64,000 nucleotides of DNA, from positions 2,043-66,042 of the forward strand of contig DVEB01000303.1 of NCBI GenBank assembly GCA_015295905.1, written 5' to 3'. The stretch's first letter is position 1; each line of letters starts with the position of its first letter. Shown in pieces: positions 54,302 through 63,875 of this stretch. The position numbers were made by a program, and so were the translations under genes. This stretch comes from Synechococcales cyanobacterium M55_K2018_004 (GTDB lineage Bacteria; Cyanobacteriota; Cyanobacteriia; Elainellales; Elainellaceae). Below the pieces are notes generated by a model, which did no database searches, was not told where the DNA came from, and worked only from the letters and a program-made list of their open reading frames with translations.

Positions 54302-55447
54302 TTAATCAAACAGACGGAAAATGGGGAAAATTCTTCCTAAAGTACCAAACACAGAATCAACCACATCGCCGAAACTGGTGATACCCGACCGTCCCACAAG
54401 GATGACATCGTTCTCTCGTAGGGGTGGATTGGTTTGCTCGTTCACCGCACTGGCTAGGTTGACCTCAATCCTTCGCTGGCTCACAGTACCATCTGGGTTC
54501 AATCGCACCAATTGCACAGAACCAGTGCGGGCACGCCGTTGATTAAAACCACCTGCGGCTAGGATTGCCTGGTTCAGCGGAGTGTTGGGTGGCACTTCTA
54601 CGGCTCCAGGGGTGACGACCTCGCCCACCACATTAACTCGCATACTCGTCGGGGCAATGCTCGCGGTCGCAAGCTGAGTGACTTCAGCAGGTGTGACGTC
54701 AGCATCGACAGGAACAAAAATGCTATCTCCGTCCCTGAGCGTAATATCTTGCGTCAGGTCCCCTTCCCCAATCAGCTTCCAAAAATTCAAGGTAATGACT
54801 TGGTCTTCCCCTGAGCGTTGGGGCCGTCGCACTTGGATTGCACCGACATCAGCAGACTGAACAATTCCTCCTGCAAGCTGAATGGCACGGCTCACCGTAG
54901 GCCATTGGGGTTCCACACCCGACGTACCCGCTTCACGAGTTAAGACAACATCGTAGGAGCCAGGCCGTCTTACTTGGCCGGCAACACTCACTCTGAGGGG
55001 GCGAGCCGTCAGTAAATTAACCGTCACGATGGGATTTCGTAAGTAGCGGCGATAGGCAAGGGTAATGGCTTCTGCGGCCTGGCGCAGTGTCAGTCCTTTG
55101 ACCGGTAGGTTTCCCACCAAGGGCAGATTCAGAGAGCCGTCTACCATGACCTGACGCTCACCTGTATATTCTGGTACGTTAAAGATATCAATATTGATGC
55201 GATCGCCCGCTCCCAGCGTGTAAAAGTCTGGTGTCGCCGTAATTTCAGGTTCACTGGAACGAAGCATGGGAGTAGCAGTTTGGGTGGGAGTGCTCTGCTG
55301 CTCTGCTACGCTCGGTGTTAATTGCTGTGTTAATTGCTGTGCAAACGCAGGTGAGGCGGTCGTCAAAGTCATGCCAGTGGATAGTATCAGACCTCCTGCG
55401 ATCTGAACCACGGAAAACCTAGATTGGGTGAGGTTGGAAGACACCAT
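54302..55447 (-). CDS. wza: Wza-type polysaccharide export protein (Poly_export + SLBB domains)
   Basis: Signal/anchor region, then YTLGAGDRINIDIF...VMVDGSLNLPLVGNLPVKGLTLRQAAEAI...YLRNPIVTVNL, and later SLBB-like repeats (GAVEVPPNTPLNQAILAAGG). Confidence 0.9.
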   Translation of the reverse strand: MVSSNLTQSRFSVVQIAGGLILSTGMTLTTASPAFAQQLTQQLTPSVAEQQSTPTQTATPMLRSSEPEITATPDFYTLGAGDRINIDIFNVPEYTGERQVMVDGSLNLPLVGNLPVKGLTLRQAAEAITLAYRRYLRNPIVTVNLLTARPLRVSVAGQVRRPGSYDVVLTREAGTSGVEPQWPTVSRAIQLAGGIVQSADVGAIQVRRPQRSGEDQVITLNFWKLIGEGDLTQDITLRDGDSIFVPVDADVTPAEVTQLATASIAPTSMRVNVVGEVVTPGAVEVPPNTPLNQAILAAGGFNQRRARTGSVQLVRLNPDGTVSQRRIEVNLASAVNEQTNPPLRENDVILVGRSGITSFGDVVDSVFGTLGRIFPIFRLFD

Positions 55448-55652
55448 AGGACATTAACTGGTAGGTAGGACACAAAAATAACAAGCTATCTGACCCATGC
55501 TCCACACTTGAGGGTTCTAACCAGTGTTAACAACGAGATTCGAGTACCCACTAGCGTATCAAAACGGTCGGGAGCTTCCTTTGCCATCTTGCCAACTGGT
55601 TGAGGGTCAGAGCTTGCTGCGCCACAAGCTCCACCCTCATGGTTTAAGCCCA

Positions 55653-55700
55653 TCGTTGGATCAATCGTTGGATCATTGGTTGGATCATAGTCGGATCACG
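55653..55700. repeat. Four tandem 12-bp units each containing GATC, in the capD-wza spacer
   Basis: tcgttggatcaa tcgttggatcat tggttggatcat agtcggatcacg. GATC sits at 55659, 55671, 55683 and 55694, giving spacings of 12, 12 and 11 bp. Confidence 0.9.
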
Positions 55701-55711
55701 GTCTCGCTGCA

Positions 55712-57748
55712 TCAGACTACAGTTGGGGTTGCATCGGCATGCCCGTTATACTCCTTATTGATCTGATTAGAGAACCTCTTCACCTTCACGGTTTCCTGCT
55801 TACCTTGAGATCGCATCGCTCGAATAGGACTCGCTGCCGTTGCCCCCAGAGGCGAATAACCAGGCACAATCTGCTTTAGCAAACAAACAATCGACTCGAC
55901 ATCGTTATTTAAGGCGGCTTCCCACAGCGCGTTCACAGTGGCGTTGAGCTGAGGCGGCACGAAACCACTAGCATTTGCCACAATGAAGAGCTTTTCATTC
56001 TGAGTTCGTTCATACTGCTCGCCTGGAATGAAAAGTTCTTCATAGAGCTTTTCTCCAGGTCGCAATCCAGTGAAGACAATATTAATGTCTTTGCCAACTT
56101 CATAGCCTGACAGACGAATCATTTCTCTAGCCAAGTCAGCAATTTTCACTGGCTGACCCATATCCAGCATGAAGACCTCTCCCCCTTTCCCCAAGGTCGC
56201 TGCCTGGAGCACCAGTTGCACCGCTTCCGGGATTGTCATGAAGTAACGGGTAATCTCTGGGTGAGTTACGGTAACCGGCCCCCCCTCAGCAATCTGCTGC
56301 TTAAAGGTAGGAACAACACTCCCCCGGCTGCCTAGCACATTGCCAAACCGCACAACGACGTAAGGTTTTTGCAACTTTTTAGCAGCTTGCAGCACGAGCA
56401 TTTCTGCTACCCGCTTGCTGGCCCCCATCACGTTGGTGGGATTAACAGCCTTATCGGTAGAAATCATCACAAAATGCTCGACATTATATTCTTGAGCCAG
56501 CACGAGCAGGTTTTTCGTACCATGCACATTATTCGTAATGGCTTCTGGCGCATTCTGCTCCATCATGGGAACGTGCTTGTGAGCAGCGGCGTGAAAAATA
56601 ACCTGCGGCTCAAACTGTCGAAATGCATAATGAAGCCGGGAAAGGGTACGGATGTCAGCCACAAACGTGGAAATCCGAGGTAGAGGGCCCGCTGTCTCAC
56701 CGTCCTCGGCAAGATTTTGCAGCATCTTTTGCAGTTCCAGCTGAATGTTAAACATGGAGTTTTCGCCATGTCCCAGTAGCAGAATCTCCGCCGGACGACA
56801 GCGCAAAATCTGGCGGCACAGTTCACTACCAATCGATCCGCCTGACCCAGTGATGAGGACACGCTTGCCTCTGAGGAACCTGTAGACTCGCTGGAAGTCC
56901 ATCTGGATCGGCTCTCGCCGAAGCAAGTCTTCGACTTGAACATCACGCATCTTTGTAAGACTAATCTTGCCATTCAAAATTTCAGCAAGGCCAGGGAGAG
57001 TGCTCGTTGGAACCCCAGTTTGCTGACAAATTTCAAGAATGTCGCGGATAACAGATCCTGGTGCAGAGGGCATCGCAATCACGATGCGACGAATCCGTAG
57101 CGATCGCACTGCTTGCAAGATCTGATGACGATTGCCCACCACTGGAATGCCGCGAATCTGCAAGTTGAGCTTGGCGGGATCATCATCAATAAACGCAACG
57201 GGGTGATAGCCGTGGGAAGCATTGTGCTGCATCTCCTGCACCAGTGAAACACCAGCATTGCCTGCACCAACTACCAGCACTCGTTCGCGACGAAAAAGCT
57301 GTCTACGCCATCGTTGGTGAGACTCTGCCCAGCGGAGGCTGAAGCGTGCCCCGCCAATTAGTAGAGCACTCAGCAACCCATCCAGCAGCGCCAGCGATCG
57401 CGGTAACTCATGCACAGGTAAGGATTGTGAGCGATACAGCGCAAAGAAGACCAAAGTCTGCAAAACAATGGTTGCCAGCATCCAAGCCCCAATCTGTTGC
57501 AGTTCTTCCACGCTGGCATGACGCCAGCACCGCCGGTAAAAACCGGACAGATAGGACAAAAGCAGTTTCAGGATGGCAAACACTGGCGTGATCCAGAGCA
57601 AGCCTAGTCCGTATTGTTCCCAATCGATGGCACCATCCAGTCGAATGGTCATTGCCAAAAATGGGGTAATCAGAAAAATGAGCGTATCGATGACAAAAAA
57701 GTAGCGATTCCTAATTTTCGTCAACCCCTTGAACGTCTTCAAAATCAT
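55712..57748 (-). CDS. Membrane-anchored PglF/CapD/WbpM-type UDP-HexNAc 4,6-dehydratase
   Basis: Start chosen at MILKTFKGLTKIRNRYFFV (ATG 57748). Four N-terminal TM helices, VLVVGAGNAG, VLITGSGGSIGSEL, and STDKAVNPTNVMGASKRVAE, typical of this family. Confidence 0.9.
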   Translation of the reverse strand: MILKTFKGLTKIRNRYFFVIDTLIFLITPFLAMTIRLDGAIDWEQYGLGLLWITPVFAILKLLLSYLSGFYRRCWRHASVEELQQIGAWMLATIVLQTLVFFALYRSQSLPVHELPRSLALLDGLLSALLIGGARFSLRWAESHQRWRRQLFRRERVLVVGAGNAGVSLVQEMQHNASHGYHPVAFIDDDPAKLNLQIRGIPVVGNRHQILQAVRSLRIRRIVIAMPSAPGSVIRDILEICQQTGVPTSTLPGLAEILNGKISLTKMRDVQVEDLLRREPIQMDFQRVYRFLRGKRVLITGSGGSIGSELCRQILRCRPAEILLLGHGENSMFNIQLELQKMLQNLAEDGETAGPLPRISTFVADIRTLSRLHYAFRQFEPQVIFHAAAHKHVPMMEQNAPEAITNNVHGTKNLLVLAQEYNVEHFVMISTDKAVNPTNVMGASKRVAEMLVLQAAKKLQKPYVVVRFGNVLGSRGSVVPTFKQQIAEGGPVTVTHPEITRYFMTIPEAVQLVLQAATLGKGGEVFMLDMGQPVKIADLAREMIRLSGYEVGKDINIVFTGLRPGEKLYEELFIPGEQYERTQNEKLFIVANASGFVPPQLNATVNALWEAALNNDVESIVCLLKQIVPGYSPLGATAASPIRAMRSQGKQETVKVKRFSNQINKEYNGHADATPTVV

Positions 57749-59013
57749 TGACTCGTAGTCCTCAAAAAACTTATCGATGCTTGAGTAGATGCAGCAATGT
57801 AGAGCCCCGTTGACCAAGAGAGACAGCCCGCCCTAAGCAGCGCTTCAATCCTGGGAAAATGTCTTCACCCTGAAACGTTATCCTGATGCGCTCACATTGC
57901 AAGCATTGATGAACCAACTGAGCTGTCAGGTGAGTCTATCTCTTTAGACAGAGACTGTTAGACAGAAAATGTTCACCACACAGTCCTCTCTGCAGGGATA
58001 CCACCTCGTGTTGCTCCGATGTCCACAGGTTATTTTTAATGTCTAAACATTGGTGATGCTTGACGCGCTATCTTCTTTGTACTGCTAGAAATCTTTCTCA
58101 GAACGCCAATTTGCCTGATTTTAGTCAATTTGCTCAATTTTGGACAATCTAATTTCCTAATTTTCAAAGAATTCAGATCTCCACACTTCAACAAAATGTT
58201 GAATTAAATTTTAATTTTCTTGAACTGAATCGTTGTAACGGTACTACGATTGCTCTGGCAATTGCATGGAACACGCTTAATAAAGTTGTTGAGTCAGTGG
58301 GATGAGCAGCATACAGCATGCTCATCCCTCCTATGCTCGACTAATGGGCACGCTGTACGCTGCCCATCCTCAGGGGTGTGGTTTGATTCCGTATATTTTC
58401 ATAGGGCCGAGGTAATAGGTTCAAAACTCCTGAAGTGCAATACTGAAGTGCATCAGGGAAACTCTTCTGGCAGCGTTGTTCGTGCCGCCGTTGATCATAG
58501 CCTATCATGCGTATCGTCTATCGGCACTTGAGATGATACTGACGCAAAGTAGCGGTGTAACGCTTATATTTCCAGGGATTCAGTGCATCGCAGCCGCACT
58601 TGGCGGTCAACATTTTTACAGTTGCTTTAATTACTGAGAATTTAAAGCCGCGGCACCAGCCATCCCTCTTTGTGAATCTTTCATGAATTCCAGTTAAACC
58701 AAGGCCAGTGTCACTGCCCTCTTGTGTCTTATCTAAAATTGCTCAAAGGCTTAGCCTGCATACTCTACAGCACTTGCATCAAAAAGCGGCTTTTGTATAG
58801 TCAATGTAAAGCTATGCTGTATCCGGATCATTAGTCCGATTATTTTTTCCCAGAGTAATTACTGAGGCCACTTTGAAGTTTCAATAAAGCCCCTAAGCGA
58901 GACGTTGACGCGCTTTGAGCAGATCTTTAGCATCGGAACCATAAGCATTTACCCACCAACAAATGGGGTAAAAAAATTAAGGATTCAGTTCATATATTTG
59001 GAGGAGGTTTGTG

Positions 59014-59325
59014 ATGCACTCATCTGTGAAAAGTACCCTAGGCTCCGTTTCAAGCGCTCTGGCCGAGAAGTTTGCAACTCGCAACAGTCTTGAGCAAGGC
59101 ATCAGTCCTGAACAACTTGATCAGATTATTGATGCTATTGTTCGCGGGAAGTATTCCTGGGCCTGTGTGCTGATGCTGCGTTTTGTTGGGTACAACCCAA
59201 TGCACTATATTCCATACCGGACTTACTGCCGTTTGGTGAAGGAGCACAAGCAGCAGGATCAGCAGTCGTCAAGCGCAACCGTCGTCCCCTTTCGCAAAGG
59301 GCAGAGAGTGCAGGATGCGGATTAA
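59014..59325 (+). CDS. HetP-family protein
   Basis: QLDQIIDAIVRGKYSWACVLMLRFVGYNPMHYIPYRTYCRLVKE matches the conserved HetP core (..AGKYSWACVL.LRF.GYNP..YIPYRTY.RL..) as I recall it from Anabaena HetP and its paralogues. GGAGGAGG lies 8 nt upstream of the ATG at 59014. Confidence 0.75.
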   Translation: MHSSVKSTLGSVSSALAEKFATRNSLEQGISPEQLDQIIDAIVRGKYSWACVLMLRFVGYNPMHYIPYRTYCRLVKEHKQQDQQSSSATVVPFRKGQRVQDAD

Positions 59326-59766
59326 TCGCATCTTCTTGTAAGCTAGCTGAGTGAGTTGTAGTGATGAGTCGGATTTCAGGTTCCTCCTATATCATTTTTG
59401 ATATCTTTCAAGAGGTATGATTTCCTTTCTCACTCGGTGCAGAGTTCACTGTCTCAAGATGTTGCTGAATCGTTCAGTATTGCTAGTCAATTGAGTTTCT
59501 TTTTCAATGACTCATACATCTATGCAGCTATACCAATTCATATGCCTCCTATGTATTGGTATAGGTTGTTACAAGTCACTAATACAACGTTAGCAATGAT
59601 CCTGATACTTCTTGAGCAGGTTATTTGAATCAGTTTCCAGTGAAACAGTTCATCATCCCTTATTCATCATCTCTTGCACAGGACTGTATCCAGTATTCGC
59701 AGTTTCAGCACTGATTTCCTTTGCGGTTAATCAATAGTTAGAGTGAGTCTGTCACCTGTACGTAGG

Positions 59767-59876
59767 GGTACTCCGCTTGAAGTTGAGTACGAAGCCTGAA
59801 AGATAAAGCAGCAAAAGCACTGGCAAACCTGCGCTTTCAGGGTACTCCGCTTGAAGTTGAGTATGAAGCCTGAAAG
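59767..59876 (+). repeat. 36-bp direct repeat x2 (59767-59802, 59841-59876; one mismatch; period 74 bp)
   Basis: ggtactccgcttgaagttgagta(c/t)gaagcctgaaag. Each unit contains the GTACTC/GAGTAC stem. The second unit is additionally closed by CTTTCAGG/CCTGAAAG. Confidence 0.9.
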
Positions 59877-59924
59877 GCGTTTTCATTTTGATTACAAATC
59901 ATTTAGTCTGTGTGTAATTCCTTG

Positions 59925-60025
59925 TATAGCGCTACACGTATAGGTTAGGGCGACGTTTTTTGTGGGAAACCCCACCGTGCAGGGTTTCCCACAAAACGCG
60001 TTTTACATCATGAGTGCATAGCGCC
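59925..60025 (+). repeat. Family-2 MITE-like element (second copy)
   Basis: tatagcgctacacgtataggttagggcgacGTTTTtTGTGGGAAAcCCCaccgtgcaGGGTTTCCCACAAAACgcgttttacatcatgagtgcatagcgcc. It is collinear with 24155-24256. Confidence 0.8.
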
Positions 60026-60157
60026 GTAATCCAAAGCAGCTCTTCCTAAGTTGGTGTGGCAGTGGCGATCGCATAATGCCCTCCATTAGCTTTGCAACTC
60101 ACTTAAGTAATCGGATGATACCAACTTAACCAGGAGATGGTGAGGGGAAGCAATTGT

Positions 60158-60691
60158 TCAAACACCAAACCCTGGATTTTGGCACCGGATACCACGCGTT
60201 GGCATCTCTTCAAACCGCTCTCGTTGCCAGTTGGCTCGCCATGCCCGCCTGATCTGAGTGGAGTATTCACTATTTTGATAGCGGGCGATCGCAACAATTC
60301 GAGCATCTGCTCTGCGATTCAGTTCGCACCAGCCTTGGGCTAAATCAAAGTTTTGAGGAATGGCAGGCAACAGCAGCACGTCCCTGACTTCCCAGGAAGC
60401 TCTGCCCTGAGCATCTCTGTCAATCAGGCGCTCTAGCCAGAGCATTCTTTGATTGCCTCGTTGCACAACAGAGACTCCATACTCTGTTCCCCTCTGGGGG
60501 GTGAGCATCCATCCCCCTAAACTAGTCAATCCACGCGGTAGATCTCGATATCGCAAGCCAATGTATGTTCTTCCAGCTTGAGCAATAACGTGGTCAGTTT
60601 GAGCAACAGTTCGGCTGGTCAGAGCTTCTACAGAAGCAGGATGAATCGCTAATAGCCATGGGGACAGTGTCAGTAGGATCAAATCTTTCAT
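60158..60691 (-). CDS. Secreted hypothetical protein (signal peptide, no recognisable domain)
   Basis: MKDLILLTLSPWLLAIHPASVEA is signal-peptide-like. The remainder has normal composition and is the only long ORF in the interval. Confidence 0.55.
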   Translation of the reverse strand: MKDLILLTLSPWLLAIHPASVEALTSRTVAQTDHVIAQAGRTYIGLRYRDLPRGLTSLGGWMLTPQRGTEYGVSVVQRGNQRMLWLERLIDRDAQGRASWEVRDVLLLPAIPQNFDLAQGWCELNRRADARIVAIARYQNSEYSTQIRRAWRANWQRERFEEMPTRGIRCQNPGFGV

Positions 60692-60758
60692 CTGTTGCTC
60701 ATGGATGACTCATGGATGACTCATTAATAGCTCATTCGCGTAGGGTAGTTCTAAACTT

Positions 60759-60809
60759 GTCATGATTGGGTGGGTTACAGGCTGCGCCCGCAACCCACCC
60801 AATCATGAC
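60759..60809. terminator. 18-bp perfect stem / 15-nt loop hairpin 29 nt downstream of the CoADR-rhodanese stop
   Basis: GTCATGATTGGGTGGGTT (60759-60776) / AACCCACCCAATCATGAC (60792-60809). Confidence 0.4.
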
Positions 60810-60837
60810 TCGCGTACCACTAGCCGCGTAGATGTCT

Positions 60838-62526
60838 CTACTTTACCCGATCCGCCACCCTTTGATGCCCAGTCGCTGCAACTGCTTCATAGGTTTTAAA
60901 CCCTCCACTGAGATTGGCTGCATCAAAACCATGTTGACGCAGCACGCGAGTGGCGTAGTATGCCCGTTGCCCAACCTGGCAGTAGACCCAAATTTCTTGG
61001 TCGGGGTTCAATTCCTTGAGGCGATCGCGCAGTTCAGACAAGGGGATATTCACCGCACCATCGAGGTGCCCAGTTTCAAACTCACTGACATTGCGAACAT
61101 CTAGCAAGAGTTGCCCATTACGTTCTGCCAGTTGTTCCCAATGGACTAACGGCGCATCGTCTCTGAGTGCATTTGCGGCGATCATCCCAGCCATATTCAC
61201 CGGATCTTTTGCTGCTCCAAACTGCGGTGCATAGCAGAGTTCTGCTTCTTCTAAATCAAACACCGTTGCTCCCATTTGCAATGCCATGGCAATCACATCA
61301 ATGCGTTTTTCGACGCCGGCCTCACCAACAGCCTGAGCCCCAAGAATCCGGCCATCGTCTAGTGAAAACAGCAGTTTTAGATCAATTGGCTTTGCATTGG
61401 GATAGTAACCGACATGGTGCCCCGGATGGAGGTATACTTTACCGTAGTTCCAACCAAAGCGTTGCAGCGTTTTTTCGTTGGCGCCGGTGGTGGCGATCGC
61501 CAGACCAAATACGCCGCAGACCGACGTTCCCTGCACGCCTCGAAACTGGCTCGATCGCCCACAAATCACATCTGCTGCAATCCGTCCCTGCCGATTGGCG
61601 GGGCCTGCCAAAGGAATCACTCGGTATTCTCCTGTGACGAAATCCTTGACTTCAACCACGTCCCCCACTGCCCAAATGTTTGGGTCACTGGTCTGCATCT
61701 GGTCATTCACGCGAATACCACCGCGATCGCCAATTTCCAGGCCTGCTGCCTGTGCCAGCGTGATTTCCGGACGCACCCCAATCGCTAAAATTACCAACTC
61801 CGCAGGATAGGCTTGGCCCGATTGCGTCTTCACCACCAGACCGCCCGTTTCAGCGGGGACAAAGCCAGCAACGCTGTCGTTTAAGCACAAATTGACATGG
61901 TGCGATCGCAGGCGTTCGTGCACCGAAGCCACCATCTCCGGGTCAAGCGGAGCCATCACCTGATCACTCGCTTCAACTAACGTGACGGTAATCCCTCGTT
62001 TCACTAGGTTCTCAGTCATTTCGAGGCCAATAAAGCCACCCCCCACCACCACTGCTTGTTTCACTTGGTGCGTGTCAATCCATTGCCGAATTCGACGGCT
62101 ATCGGGGATCGTTCGCAGGGCAAAAATTCCTGGCAGGTCAATTCCTGGTAGGGGAGGACGGATGGGGGCTGCTCCTGGAGCCAGTACTAAGGCATCGTAA
62201 GCCTCTTGATAGAGTTCACCCGTGCGACGATTTTTAACAGTAATTTCCGAGGAGGCTCGATTAATCGCAACGACTTCATTTTCCAACCGTACATCAATAT
62301 TGAAGCGTTGACGAAACAGATCAGCATCTGCGACTAGCAGCTTTTGTTCATCCGTGATGACATCACCCACATAGTAGGGAAGGCCACAGTTGGCAAAGGA
62401 GACATAAGGACCGCGCTCAAAAATAATAATTTCCATCGCTTCCGATAAACGTCGTGCCCGCGCCGCGCAGGAGGCGCCACCTGCAACCCCGCCAACAATG
62501 AGCAAACGTTTTTTTCCTGAAGTCAT
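60838..62526 (-). CDS. CoA-disulfide/persulfide reductase-type FAD oxidoreductase fused to a C-terminal rhodanese domain
   Basis: LLIVGGVAGGASCAARARR (FAD), redox Cys SFANCGLPYYV, second Rossmann VVVGGGFIGLEM, and rhodanese active-site loop VYCQVGQRAYYATRVL. Confidence 0.85.
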   Translation of the reverse strand: MTSGKKRLLIVGGVAGGASCAARARRLSEAMEIIIFERGPYVSFANCGLPYYVGDVITDEQKLLVADADLFRQRFNIDVRLENEVVAINRASSEITVKNRRTGELYQEAYDALVLAPGAAPIRPPLPGIDLPGIFALRTIPDSRRIRQWIDTHQVKQAVVVGGGFIGLEMTENLVKRGITVTLVEASDQVMAPLDPEMVASVHERLRSHHVNLCLNDSVAGFVPAETGGLVVKTQSGQAYPAELVILAIGVRPEITLAQAAGLEIGDRGGIRVNDQMQTSDPNIWAVGDVVEVKDFVTGEYRVIPLAGPANRQGRIAADVICGRSSQFRGVQGTSVCGVFGLAIATTGANEKTLQRFGWNYGKVYLHPGHHVGYYPNAKPIDLKLLFSLDDGRILGAQAVGEAGVEKRIDVIAMALQMGATVFDLEEAELCYAPQFGAAKDPVNMAGMIAANALRDDAPLVHWEQLAERNGQLLLDVRNVSEFETGHLDGAVNIPLSELRDRLKELNPDQEIWVYCQVGQRAYYATRVLRQHGFDAANLSGGFKTYEAVAATGHQRVADRVK

Positions 62527-62587
62527 AGGCGATTTCCTTCAATCTCCAAACGCAAATCAGTATGCGGAGCACTATCAAGTCAGTCAA

Positions 62588-63424
62588 TTAGCGTCTCACA
62601 GCCACCGCAGGAGTCGGTTTTTGTGAAGGATTGGGCTGAAAACTCTGACGATTTTGGATGAGCACAAACGTTGCTACAGCCAAGAGGAAATATCCAAAGG
62701 CTTTCTGCAGTTTTTGCGCCGAGACATAGCGCGCAAGGTAGGCACCCGGAATTGTCCCTAGGCTGGCGGCAAAGATAAACGAAATCATTAGATGCCAGTC
62801 CAGCGAGACATGCCCAAGATAGCCTAAAAATCCAGTGATCGAGTTTGCGATAATGATCAATAAAGAAGTGCCGATCGCTTGCTTCATCGGCACCTTGGCC
62901 AGCAACACCAAGGCGGGAACAATTGCAAACCCTCCCCCGACGCCGACTAGTCCGGTCAACATCCCCACTAGCAACCCTTCAGTCAGTAGCCACAACCAGC
63001 AATATCGACAAATGGGTTTGGGATACAGCGCCAGGGGATCGTCTCGTTGGCTGGGTCTAGAACTGCGATAAATCATGAAGCCCGCCGCTAGCACCATCAC
63101 GACTGCAAACAGCATCATCTGGAAGGCTTCTGTGACCACAGGGAGGGTGGCAATCTTAGCACCCGTGAAGGTGCCTAGCATGGTGGCTACCCCAAACACA
63201 ACGGCCGTTTTTAGATTGACATTGCCTGCTTTCCAATGAGGGATCAACCCTAGCAAACTGACAACTCCCACAATCACCAGGGTCATAGCGATCGCCGATT
63301 TGGGCGGCACTCCCATGACATACACTAGCACCGGCAACGCCAACACCGACCCACCGCCCCCCATTAGCCCCAGGCTCAGACCAATTCCCGCGGCTAGCAC
63401 CAACCCAATAATCCAACTAGTCAT
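62588..63424 (-). CDS. TauE/SafE (TSUP) family sulfite/anion exporter
   Basis: Eight or so TM segments with duplicated GxGGGxxxxPxL-type motifs (GLMGGGGSVLALPVLV, GLVGVGGGFAIVPALV). Confidence 0.8.
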   Translation of the reverse strand: MTSWIIGLVLAAGIGLSLGLMGGGGSVLALPVLVYVMGVPPKSAIAMTLVIVGVVSLLGLIPHWKAGNVNLKTAVVFGVATMLGTFTGAKIATLPVVTEAFQMMLFAVVMVLAAGFMIYRSSRPSQRDDPLALYPKPICRYCWLWLLTEGLLVGMLTGLVGVGGGFAIVPALVLLAKVPMKQAIGTSLLIIIANSITGFLGYLGHVSLDWHLMISFIFAASLGTIPGAYLARYVSAQKLQKAFGYFLLAVATFVLIQNRQSFQPNPSQKPTPAVAVRR

Positions 63425-63444
63425 CTTTCACCTCAAGTGAGACG

Positions 63445-63777
63445 CTATCGTTCTGTTGGCAGGCCTGCCTGCTTCCAGGCGATAATTCCACCACTTAGGT
63501 GAGCAACCTGCGAAAACCCCGCGTTGAGCAACTTTTGAGCAGCGATCGCTGAGCGAGCTGCTGAGTGACAATACAAAACCAACTGTTTGCCCTGAGGTTG
63601 AGGAATTTTACGCGGATCAAACCGAGAGAGGGGCACAAGCATTGCCCCTGGAATATGCTCTGCCGAAAATTCCGCAGGCTCTCGCACATCGATGAGGATT
63701 ACGGCATTTTGCGCTAGCCCCTGCTTTAGGGTCTGAGCATCAATGGCATGGACTTGCCCTTGGCCAAATTGCAACAT
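63445..63777 (-). CDS. Single-domain rhodanese-like sulfurtransferase
   Basis: LIDVREPAEFSAEHIPGAMLVPL and active-site loop LYCHSAARS, followed by GGIIAWKQAGLP. Confidence 0.85.
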   Translation of the reverse strand: MLQFGQGQVHAIDAQTLKQGLAQNAVILIDVREPAEFSAEHIPGAMLVPLSRFDPRKIPQPQGKQLVLYCHSAARSAIAAQKLLNAGFSQVAHLSGGIIAWKQAGLPTER

Positions 63778-63828
63778 GGAATATGTCCTGTACGTTTTGT
63801 TCTGTACGTTTAATCGTGACTCAAGCCA

Positions 63829-63868
63829 TAAAAATGCAGGTTGCTTTCTCTAGAATTGCAACCTGCAT
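63829..63868 (-). terminator. Rho-independent terminator after the DUF2892 gene
   Basis: On the reverse strand, 8 nt after the stop: ATGCAGGTTGC-13 nt loop-GCAACCTGCAT followed by TTTTT. Confidence 0.6.
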
Positions 63869-63875
63869 GATGAGA

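Noticed and set aside
53484-54381. ORFs 53484-53717 (-) and 54157-54381 (+) in or near the wza-wzc spacer
   Set aside because: They are short, overlap gene ends, and lack motifs and ribosome-binding sites.
57818-59010. HetR-binding inverted repeat upstream of the hetP-like gene
   Set aside because: I could not find the GC-rich inverted repeat (GAGGGG...CCCCTC type) that I recall from Anabaena hetP, so no HetR site is claimed.
58250-59093. ORFs 58250-58531 and 58905-59093 in the capD-hetP spacer
   Set aside because: There are no recognisable motifs or ribosome-binding sites, and the second overlaps the hetP-like start out of frame. The region is treated as non-coding. An sRNA cannot be excluded.
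59398-59628. 76-aa ORF downstream of the hetP-like gene
   Set aside because: It is AT-rich, starts with TTG, has odd composition and no support.
3235-60025. Possibility that the recurring hairpin repeats form a CRISPR array
   Set aside because: Copies are kilobases apart, occur in both orientations, have non-identical stems and have no regularly sized spacers. No cas genes are present.
61016-62200. Plus-strand ORFs within the CoADR-rhodanese gene (e.g. 61167-61637, 156 aa)
   Set aside because: They are shadow ORFs opposite a CDS with FAD, redox-Cys and rhodanese motifs.
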